A stretch of DNA of 33,447 nt from Basidiobolus ranarum. Lineage: Eukaryota. A program made the position numbers and the translations under genes. Below the pieces are notes generated by a model. The model had not been told where the DNA came from, ran no database searches, and saw only the letters and a program-made list of their open reading frames with translations. Shown here one piece after another: positions 22,050 to 32,111 of the stretch. The stretch's first letter is position 1. Each line of letters begins with the position of its first letter. Where the stretch lies: assembly GCA_040143965.1 (NCBI GenBank), contig JASJQH010000075.1, forward strand, positions 1-33,447, in the 5' to 3' direction.

Positions 22050-23393
22050 ATGTACTCTTCTAAAGATATGACTCCATTTACCAACAACTTTTTAAATCTT
22101 CCACCTTCCACCTTTCGCCATATACTCCCTACTTTCCCTCAGGAATCCTTTGACAAGATCCCTCCTTCGACCAAATTTGTTTATGAAACGCATTTTCAAC
22201 ATGTCCTGCCCTCAAAAGAAAGAGATGTGTCTACTGCTAAAGATCTGGCGTTTATTCATCATTCTATAGCTTCTCCAACAAAATCAGCAGTAAAAAGAAA
22301 GAACTCTGGCAACTTGATTAAGAAAATCCCTAGACCTAGAAATTCGTTCATGATATACCGACAGAATAGAAGAACTGAGGTGGTGGCTCAGAATCCAGGA
22401 ATCAACGATTCTCAAGTATCAGTTATTCTGGGAGAGATGTGGAGAAAAGAGGATGAGGAAGTGAAGACCTTCTTTCGAGATCTTGCTAATGAGGAAAAGC
22501 GAACACATTCACTGAAATATCCGGACTATAAGTATCAGCCAAAACGAAAACCAAAGGTGAGCAAGAAAAATACCACGGATGATGCCGTTAAAAGAGACGA
22601 AAGAGTAAGCCTAGAAAAGACATCGACTGACCTTGAGAAATCTCTCCATACAAAGACGAAAGGAGGTCCTCAATACAGTTCAAAGCGCCAGAAGCCTGAT
22701 GTCATTGAAGTAGTTCATTCTACTTTCTCTTCTAATTACAAGCCAGTCACTAAAGCTCCACAAAAACCCATGCTGAATATGCCCAGTTATTATCCATATG
22801 TGTCTACTCCAGAAATGATTGTCATCACCGATGAAGAAGACACAGGAGAATCGGCTACAAGCTCAGATCTCTACTATGAATCTACCTCACTAACGCCTGA
22901 ACTTCCCTTCAGGCAACAGGAAGCGGGATCGCAAACACCAGAATTAATAAACCCGCTATATGGACAACTTGGCTATCAATACCATTATCAAACGCAATCA
23001 GCGAGACATCTTTACACACCTGCTTCGAGTGAAGAGTACACTCAGCCTCATAAGAGCCATACCTCCTTATCCGAGATTGAACAGAGGCAGTTCAATTATC
23101 CTTCGTTAGCTCAAAAATCTGCTATAGAAGCTAGAGGTGAGTACACTTGCGTGACAGATTCTGAGGTGCAACAGTATCTTCCTGACACACACATTTGGAG
23201 CCATCTTTCTCCAGCAACACCCCTTTTAGAGTTTCAATCAAATCTTTTTCAACTAGAGCAATCACTACTACAACTACTGGAGCCGAATGTGTATGAAGAG
23301 TCCTACTTGGACTATGGATATGAATATGGTGCTGGTTATGATTATGGGTATGACGGCGGGTATGTGCACCCATATGAGCATATGTATGAATAG
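22050..23393 (+). CDS. Sequence-specific HMG-box transcription factor (MATA_HMG/SOX-TCF class), intronless
   Basis: KKIPRPRNSFMIYRQ...NPGINDSQVSVILGEMWRKE...FFRDLANEEKRTHSLKYPDYKYQPKRK, followed by an S/P/Q/Y-rich tail. First in-frame ATG at 22050. Confidence 0.92.
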   Translation: MYSSKDMTPFTNNFLNLPPSTFRHILPTFPQESFDKIPPSTKFVYETHFQHVLPSKERDVSTAKDLAFIHHSIASPTKSAVKRKNSGNLIKKIPRPRNSFMIYRQNRRTEVVAQNPGINDSQVSVILGEMWRKEDEEVKTFFRDLANEEKRTHSLKYPDYKYQPKRKPKVSKKNTTDDAVKRDERVSLEKTSTDLEKSLHTKTKGGPQYSSKRQKPDVIEVVHSTFSSNYKPVTKAPQKPMLNMPSYYPYVSTPEMIVITDEEDTGESATSSDLYYESTSLTPELPFRQQEAGSQTPELINPLYGQLGYQYHYQTQSARHLYTPASSEEYTQPHKSHTSLSEIEQRQFNYPSLAQKSAIEARGEYTCVTDSEVQQYLPDTHIWSHLSPATPLLEFQSNLFQLEQSLLQLLEPNVYEESYLDYGYEYGAGYDYGYDGGYVHPYEHMYE

Positions 23394-23918
23394 CTTACAA
23401 TGGTGGCTTAGATATTTTCTTACCAAACATCAGCTTGTATAGTTATAGAATTCAGTGAACCCTAACCCTAATACGTCATTGATTTTGACCATATCTGATC
23501 CTGAAGCATTGACTTAAAAGATTAAATAAAAAGGAATATTTATTTTATATTACATTATATATTTCTTAATTATAAGATGTCGCGCACAAAGCAAGTCCAA
23601 TAAGTTCAATACTGCTTGAATCCAATCCCCCTAATCGAGTTCACATCGTTTTATTCATTGTGCGAAATAGTTGAATCGGTTTGACCTGTTATTATATCCC
23701 TTGAGAATTTCCTAATGAAGCATTATCCCAGAGTAGTATGAGCTTACGCAAGTCAGCGTCGTGCCTATATCAACAAACCATCCACAGTCCCTTCCCATAG
23801 TAACATTATCGGTAATCAGGTTTTTTTGCAGTTTGGTAACATCTTTTCTACACTACATTAAGCCCAAATACTCTATTCCAAAGTGTATTCCATAAAGAAA
23901 ATTGCCAGCTTCCTCAAT

Positions 23919-25280
23919 ATGGGTACCGATAACAGTAAACAAGACTTGGCCACCACTCTCACCACTGACCAGATATCTCGCTTTGAAAGGGACTTCAATG
24001 CTGAGGATAGGAACTTGGTCGCACTTAATGCTATTGCTAGTAGTAAAATAGCTGACGTTGTTCTAAGTCGTAAAGCTGGTCAGCAACTTAACCACTCTTT
24101 TTCCAATAAGATCGAGGTGGAGGGTAAAGCAACTAACCAAAAAGCTAGTGGCCGTTGTTGGGTGTTCGCTGGTTTAAATATTATGAGACTTCGTTTGATG
24201 CAGAAATATAAACTCGACGATTTCGAACTCTCTCAACCTTATTTGTTCTTCTATGATAAAATTGAAAAGTCAAACTGGTTCCTGGAAAGTATGATAGAAT
24301 TGGCTGATAAGGAGCTGGACGATCGCACTGTTCAGTATCTGTTGAAAGATCCTATACAAGATGGTGGTCAATGGGATATGTTTATTTCTTTGGTCGAGAA
24401 GTATGGTGTTGTCCCCAAGGCAGTTTACCCGGAAACTTACCAAACTTCCAACACGGTGCAATTGAGATGGTTGCTCACTTGTAAATTACGCGAGTACGCC
24501 CAAGAGTTGCGTGCTCTTCATAAGGAAGGAAAATCTATTGAGGAAATACGCTCTGCTAAAGACAAGATGCTCAGTGAGGTTTATCGTATTATGGCAATTG
24601 CTTGCGGTGAGCCACCTAAAGAATTTGACTGGTCTTTCCGTACCAAGGACAATAAATTCCAAGAATTTAAAGGACTGACCCCTCTCCAATTTTACAAGGA
24701 GCATGTTGAATATAAAACTACCGAGACTGTTTCCATTATAAACGATCCACGTAATGAGTATCACAAACTCTACACCGTGTCGTATTTAGGTAACGTCAAA
24801 GGAGGTGTGCCCGTACACTATATCAATCTACCGATTGAGCAGCTCAAGGAGCTCACCGCAAAAGCACTGAAAAAAGAGAAGCCAGTATGGTTTGGATGTG
24901 ATGTTGGGAAGCACTTTGCTCGACAGATAGGCGTACTCGACATTGGCTCACTCGACTTTGAGTTAGCATTTGGTTTGAAATTCCATCTGGATAAAGCAGA
25001 TCGTTTACGCTATCGTGAAAGTTTGATGACTCATGCGATGATGTTTACTGGGGTTCATATTGATTCGGAAGATAAAACTGTACGTTGGCGTGTGGAAAAC
25101 TCCTGGGGAGAAGATACTGGCGACAAAGGATTCTTAAGTATGTCTGATCGTTGGTTTAGCGAATTTACCTATCAAATTGTCCTGGAGAAAGAGGATATTC
25201 CAGAGGATATTCTAGAAGTGCTCAAGCAAGAGCCAGTAGCTCTGCCACCTTGGGATCCTATGGGTAGTTTAGCAGCCTAA
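23919..25280 (+). CDS. LAP3: Bleomycin hydrolase / cysteine aminopeptidase (peptidase C1B)
   Basis: NQKASGRCW (catalytic Cys), MTHAM (His), RVENSWG (Asn), DGGQWDM and C-terminal LPPWDPMGSLAA. Confidence 0.96.
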   Translation: MGTDNSKQDLATTLTTDQISRFERDFNAEDRNLVALNAIASSKIADVVLSRKAGQQLNHSFSNKIEVEGKATNQKASGRCWVFAGLNIMRLRLMQKYKLDDFELSQPYLFFYDKIEKSNWFLESMIELADKELDDRTVQYLLKDPIQDGGQWDMFISLVEKYGVVPKAVYPETYQTSNTVQLRWLLTCKLREYAQELRALHKEGKSIEEIRSAKDKMLSEVYRIMAIACGEPPKEFDWSFRTKDNKFQEFKGLTPLQFYKEHVEYKTTETVSIINDPRNEYHKLYTVSYLGNVKGGVPVHYINLPIEQLKELTAKALKKEKPVWFGCDVGKHFARQIGVLDIGSLDFELAFGLKFHLDKADRLRYRESLMTHAMMFTGVHIDSEDKTVRWRVENSWGEDTGDKGFLSMSDRWFSEFTYQIVLEKEDIPEDILEVLKQEPVALPPWDPMGSLAA

Positions 25281-25741
25281 GCAAAGTATTTTTAAGCAGT
25301 AATGTGGCAAATGTTAAATAAATTTACCGGTTAGGTTACCTATATATGAGACTGATCGCATCATTGTTATCGGAAACTAATTGGAATAGTTATCCCGCGT
25401 TTATTATCATTCACACCTTGGATATGCTGGGTGTTGGTACTACTAGATACTGGTACCAGTTACTTAGAGTTAGATAAGTTCTACGTGATACGTGATGTCA
25501 ATATAAGGTTAGTGACTAATTGGTGACTCCAAATTATATTGAGTGCCCATTGAACAGCCGGTTTTGTGGCTAGATTATCAGCCTGGTATGAAAAATATTC
25601 ACAAAGATTGAGATGTTCCGGGAATATTTTGATAAGAATGTGGGTTCTTTTTTGAATTATCCTCGAGTCGTGTCACTTTTCCTCACAATGTATAAAGAGG
25701 GGTCGAGGCTATTTGCTTTCACTATCTAAACTACATCAACA

Positions 25742-26708
25742 ATGCTTTCCAAGTTGTCTGTCTTCGCTCTCCTCTCTCTGCAACTACTTGGTGCATACGC
25801 AGCCTCTGACATTCACTGGGGGGTAAGTACTTCATGCTTGTCATTCAGAAACATTACTAGAAAGATGCAGCTTGGAAAGAAGTACACACTAAAATATCAT
25901 TCTATTTTCCTCTAGTATGATGGTGAGACCGGGCCTGACAAGTGGGGCATTTTGAGCGACTCATTTGCTACTTGCAAGGACGGAAAATATCAATCTCCTA
26001 TTGATCTGACCCGCACCAGTGCCAAGATTATTACTAACAAACCTTTGAATATCCATTGGCCTAACTTACGGACTCATGGCTTGAATGTTACGAACAATGG
26101 ACATACGCTTCAAGTCACTGTTCCCAGCCATACAAATCTCACTATGACTCGTGATGCTATCACTTACCGCTTGGCCCAATTCCATATTCATACACCTTCC
26201 GAGCATCATGTTTTCGGGAAGTATTTTGATATGGAAATCCACTTCGTAATGAACAATGCCAAACTCAACAAGAATCACGTAGTTGGTATTGTTTTCGAAG
26301 CCACAAACAAGAAGAGCAGCTTCTTGAGCCACATTGGCCAAGATGTAAGTGCTATTGTGATTACTATTATAAAATCTTTCCACTAAATAGTACTCGTAGA
26401 GAAACATCCCTACCGTGGCCGGAGAGTCTTCAGTTATTGGAAATATTGACTTCCAAAGCCTCTTTAAGGAAGTTGAGAATGTCAGTGAATATTGGGCCTA
26501 CGAAGGAAGCCTTACTACTCCTCCCTGTACGGTTAGTATTAAAAAGCAAACATGAGATTTTGCCTCTAAAACGCTTCTTCTAATATACTTTTTTTTACTA
26601 CAGGAGGGTGTTCGTTGGGCTGTTGCACGTAAGGTTGCTCAGCTGAGCTGGAAACAATTTCAAACACTTCGTCATGTGATCAAGTATAATGCACGTACTG
26701 TTCAATAG
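25742..26708 (+). CDS. Secreted alpha-carbonic anhydrase, 4 exons (25742-25822, 25916-26344, 26400-26531, 26604-26708)
   Basis: Signal peptide, HWG/YDGETGPDKWG, QSPIDL, NNGHT, Zn ligands QFHIHTPSEH...EIHFV, and YEGSLTTPPCT/EGVRW. TATAAA at 25691. Confidence 0.95.
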
Positions 26709-27485
26709 ATTGAACAACATCTATATATCATTTCGCCGTTTCTCCATTCAATCGGTTTTCTCCGGTCGTCAATCGTATTGAAACACATATCCAGCATTGC
26801 CGAATATTTATATTTTTTCGGCCTCATATAATAAACATGAATCTTAATTGCAAATGTGTTAACCTAACCCTAATCCAAATCTGAATATTATTGGACCAAT
26901 GTTGGGAGGACCATAAAGCCCAAGAGTGAATGGTAACCAAAGCAAAAAAAAGAAGTGTAACACGGTGACGAAAAACTGGCTTTCAACATTTTCATGTAAA
27001 TCAAGTAAATTATGAATACTATAAGATTTTTTCGTCTATTCTCAAAAATCTATATTTGTCAAAGCTACTTTAGCAAGGTGATTTGAATTCAGGCATGTAT
27101 TGAAGGATAACCAAGGCCTTCAACATTAACACTCCGATGAACATGAGATTAAACAAAGGATAGCTGCCTGTCTAGGCCTCTAGTCTGTCGAGTGTATTTC
27201 GAAAGCTGGTAGGATATATACAAGAGTAGATTATAAGAAGTACAACTACCCATATTCGGTAGGTACATGTGTAAATCATCAGCAACCACTCTCTTATTCA
27301 GTTGGATCAGTGGTGAGGCCACTGACGATCTCAAACGCCATGATAGAAATAGTTCTGCTTATTGTATCACAGTCCTCAGCGGAAGTAGTAGTAGTAATAA
27401 CACCTCCACCTCCTGAATTATCCGTGTAGTCAACTGGGTGGCACCACAGGTCAAGACCAGCAACCACAAGGGTAATGCTAACATG

Positions 27486-27524
27486 CTAACCCTAGTACCT
27501 AACCCTAGTACCTAACCCTAGTAC
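27486..27524. repeat. Perfect 3 x 13-bp tandem repeat CTAACCCTAGTAC (telomere-motif core)
   Basis: Copies at 27486-27498, 27499-27511 and 27512-27524. Confidence 0.95.
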
Positions 27525-28248
27525 CAGTATGACAGGCCTTTGTATTTCCGACACCGCATCTTTGTATATATCTCCAAGTAGTTTAGGCATGATTTCTCAA
27601 TTTCAAGGCCACAAGGGATGTAATGCTAGGATATAACCAATATGCTGTGTTATGACACCTATGTACTGGTTGCTTTCTCCATGAATAAAGTGAAAGTTAT
27701 GGATTATTGTGGCAGTACTGAGTCACAGCATGAGTTAAAACAATAAATCTCAAGGTTATATCGTGCTAATACAAGCATTGCATGGTGTAATCTCCGTTGT
27801 GTTTGATTTGGGAAAATACTGACAGGATTAAGGAAGGATCGTCACCAACATTTAATGGAACGTTTTTGATGAACCAGAACTGCCATCAAGCACACCAAAG
27901 AGTGGGGATTTAAATCATCTGATTCCAACCAAATGCCGACTCACATGATTTGGGCGATTTGTGTGATTTGTGTGATTCATTTACGCTCTTTTCTAATTGT
28001 ACAAGCCGACAACTCTATAATCCATATTTTGCAATCTCTCTGATCTTGAGCCAATAATACTCTTGGCATAAACCCGAATATCAGGATTCTTTATCTTTAA
28101 ACTTTGCAGTGTAAATTTTAATCAATGCCACACTTTTAACAGTATAAAAAATCCTTATTTATCCCAATTCGATCTACTACGTTGCAATTCCTTTTGCTTA
28201 TGTTAAATTATGTTTATTAGGACAAAGCCGTGTGCAATCTAACTATCC

Positions 28249-31065
28249 CTAAGTCGACTTGCTTTGGGAAATTCTGATAGCTAATTTGCCCCATCGACGG
28301 AAAATATCCTGAGCAATCTCAACTGTATCATCCTTAGGTGATGGCCCCCAAGTCTCTCCCTTTCTTTGTCCCCACGTACCATACTGCCATTTACCTTCAA
28401 AAGCAGCAATCTCTACATTAAACTTATCTTGATTCCATGCCTGGCCGCTGATAGCAGTTTTCAACAAGGATTTCGAGAAGTGTTGCCATCTAGGAAGATA
28501 GTATGTCTTCACAAGACCAGCCCATTGTTTAGATGCATAGTCAGCCAAGGAACCCTGAGAAGCTGGTCCCCACCATGTGATTTGGTTACGGGCTTGGAAT
28601 TCTAGATAATTGGCGGGGGTGGTTAATTGGCCATTATTGAAATCTTGCTTGCCGTTGGGAATCTTGATTGTCTTCGCAATAGCATTTGCATTGCCCAACC
28701 ATTTACCAAGGTGGAACTGGGAATGAGTTGAGAGCAACTTATCAGTGTCCAAAATCAAAGCTTCAATTAAGCTACCATAAAGTACAATTTGAGCTGCATT
28801 TGTATCGTTGAATCCTTTGACTAACTCCTTATGCAATGCTGGCAATACGGTGATAAGTAAAACTTCGCGAGTCACATCAATCACATCGAAACGAAAACCG
28901 GGTGCTTTCAAAGGTAAATCAGAGGCATTTGGTAAATCATTTGAAGAATGACGTTGTTGTGAAACATCGGTTTTGGAGGAGTCGGTAGCAAATGATAAAG
29001 CCTCTCGAGCAAGTACATCAAACTCCTCCTGTGCGAATTCCTTTGCTTTAGTAAAAGTAACAGCTGATTCTGATACTAATCTATGACCAAGTCTGCTGTT
29101 ACTCTCTTTAGTTTCAGTTGACTTGATCAATTTCTTCCAAGCATCAGCTACAACGGCTGTATCATACATAGGTACGGTGGGTTCGAATCCAAACGCTTCC
29201 ATATTCAATTTTGGATTGATGTCCAAGTAGGATTTTACTTTTCCAGTTAACTCCCCAGTAATATTCCATAAAGTCTTGGAAATCTGATCCCAAGCTTCTA
29301 ACATCAAAGGAGTTGTCTTTTTGGCGCCATAACGGCGCTGGATAAACTGGTCAAGTAACAATTTACCACTCAAGGACTCGTTAGGATTCTTCCATGCTAA
29401 GTCATAGATTAGGTGATACAAGAATTCGTTGGTGTTGATTCCATCAGGCGTAACTCCCATACCCTTCATGCTCTTGGCAGGATGGTGGTAACCGGCAAAC
29501 GGTTCAGTCAACACAGTAGGGAGAACTCCGAAGATGCCCTGACCACCTGCAAAATTGTTGATCCTATTTGGATAAGAGATTCATGTGAGAAATAAACCCA
29601 AGTAGATAGTTACATATTCTAGCTTTTAATTTAGCTTTACTTACATACTCCATCCCCAGTCCATTCCGTAAAACCCATCTGTATGCTTCCACTGTGGCAT
29701 TCCATCAGAGTAAAGGTCGATAATAAATGCTTTGCCCTCCGCCTCACGGATTCCATCGAAAAATGATTTTGTTACCGGAGGGGTCCAGAACTGAGTAGCA
29801 GTCAAGAACCAGCCTTGCATTACCCAAACCGCATTTTTATCAGCATTCCGGAGTGCATGAACTACAGCTTTGGTAGTAGATTTCAAATATTCCGGTTCAG
29901 AAGATGCTGGTAATAATTCATTGTAGAGATCCAAAATATAATGATCGGTAACATTCTCGCCATAATACTGTTTCTGTAACTTGATGAATTCTTCGGCTAA
30001 AGTGGCAAACAGTGGTTCTTGAGGATCTACATAGTGTACCATTGTATTCTCAAGGGGCATTCCGGACCACTGAGATGCTTCGTGGAATGTTGTGTTGGGA
30101 AACTTCTGAACCAATGCAGAGGGAACGAAACTTTGGAACGATGGAAGAATGGGAGTCATGCCGAAAGCCTTCATTCTCTGAAGAATTCTATTATTAAAGA
30201 TAGGCTGTATTAGTATGAGGTATATTTCAATGTGAATGATTAATATGGATTTCTCGTTTTCTGACTCAATCTCGCTTACTTTTTCTGAAGTTCAAATTGA
30301 CTATCAATAAATCCATTTTTCACACCAGTATCATTCTTGAAACCCCAGGATCCTTGGATATTACCCATGCGATTCCAGGGTTGGAAGGCAGCGCCAACAA
30401 AGTAGCTGCTGATTTCTTCAAGGGACAATCCCAAATTCAAGTACAGTTGACGAGTAATATATTCTTGGCCTGTCAAAGCAAGCGGCATATTAATACCGTT
30501 CAAGACCATCCAATCTATAGAAGAGAAAAATTAATCTTTGTGGAGAATGATCGACACTTAGTTCTGTTGCTTTACCGATTTCACGCTCCCAACGTTGCCA
30601 ATCCCAGAATACAGTGGAGTATCCAGCAGTGACAACATTCATATAATATCTCCAAGGTACAATAGAGCCTTGAATGATCTCCGAGCCAGTATTAGCTTCT
30701 GAAATTGCTGTCGGGGGATTACTTGGTAATTCATTGAAGCGATCTCCGGACCAGGACATCTCCACCTGACAACTGTTCCTCAAATAGTAGTTCAGTCCAG
30801 CACCTAAAGCTGATAAAGAGTCACCTTCGATCACTATTTTCGAGTTTTTAGAGGTAGTGATGCGATACACATCATGAACGTTCGTGGTGGAGGTGGTCGG
30901 GATAGCGTCCTTGAGAGAGAATTGAATCTCCTTTTGGTATTTGGCTGGAAGTAAGCGCTGAACAAGGTCGTATAGTGGCTGCTCAGGGCGTGGACCAACT
31001 GCCGGCACTGCTTGAGTGAGCGTTAATGCACTGCATAATCCGATGGCAATTGTGATGATCAGCAT
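28249..31065 (-). CDS. NAGLU: Secreted GH89 alpha-N-acetylglucosaminidase (NAGLU-like), 4 exons (31065-30576, 30514-30280, 30187-29645, 29563-28249)
   Basis: Signal peptide [78 protein letters not shown] and DYASKQWAGL. Confidence 0.93.
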
Positions 31066-31457
31066 TCTACTTTTCTTGAAACTTCTTCCAGGTAATGACT
31101 TCACGACGGCCTTCTCAACTACTGGCAAGCTTTCCAAAGGATCAAACAACAAACTTGCTGTCAGGATTGCTTTATAATATAACTTTTCTGTGTATACGTG
31201 CTACATGCGGTTATTTTATAGTAATTTGCGATCACCTTCATTACGTTATCTAGTAAAGTATGCTACTTTGACCATTCGACCTTATGACGATAACGTGGCA
31301 ACACAACATGCAATTAAACCATCAGCTGTAGTTATTTTCCCAAAGAGCTCATATTAACCTCGGTTAGTTATAATTGTAACAATTTTTAGCAGTATCCTGA
31401 ATCTCTCTTGAATAACACTCTGTTGCCATTAGCCGTGAAGTTGTAACTGTATTTTAC

Positions 31458-31551
31458 CGGTTTGTATTAGCGGTTTGTATTAGCGTGAATCTTTGAATTC
31501 AGTCAAGCTAGTATCACTAAATTTGAATTCAGTCAAGTTAGTATCACTAAA
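31458..31551. repeat. Two adjacent tandem duplications: 2 x 13 bp and 2 x 30 bp
   Basis: cggtttgtattag twice (31458-31483); tttgaattcagtcaag(c/t)tagtatcactaaa twice (31492-31551). Confidence 0.9.
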
Positions 31552-32111
31552 TATATTCTTTTTGATTTATAATTTGTTATGAATTTGCCGCTTGGGGTTA
31601 GAACATCCGATTTGTACCACAAAAAAATGAGTAACCAATAGTTCTCATGGTCTAGACGTATATAGGTTCTCTAACCTGATTCTCGGTATTTGCCTATCTA
31701 AACATCTTTACATCAGCTACCATTTCCACATCAGCTACTACAACCAACAGGGTGTCAACCAGAATTTGTCAGAATTAAATAGAACAACTAGGGCATATAT
31801 AATTCATTATGATTATTTAGCTTTGAATGAAGCAGAAGTCCAAACATAAAAGTTCGTAGTTGTACTAACGCTACCAAATGGTTTAACTCCCTTAAAAGTC
31901 AGAGTGTAAGTACCACAAGGTACTTGAACTTCTTGTGCTTTTATGCTCCAGCAGAATACACCGACTGTGCCTATTTTTCTACGGGTTTGCGCATCCTACC
32001 TCGTATAGATATGGTTATGGCCATGCTCTCTCTTTGAGGAAATTTCGTTAACTATTAACGTCAATCATTGCATTAGGTTACTTGGCATTATGCATGCCCA
32101 TGGAGGTACCG

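Noticed and set aside
23883-23918. GTG-initiated extension of LAP3 as a mitochondrial presequence
   Set aside because: Only 12 codons with an in-frame stop shortly upstream; not a convincing presequence.
27359-27484. 41-codon minus-strand ORF MLALPLWLLVLTCGATQ... with a signal-peptide look
   Set aside because: Very short, partly built from a (TAG)n microsatellite and adjoining a tandem repeat; no other support.
31458-31551. Direct repeats as a CRISPR array or TE termini
   Set aside because: Eukaryotic context, two copies each with no spacers; simple tandem duplications.
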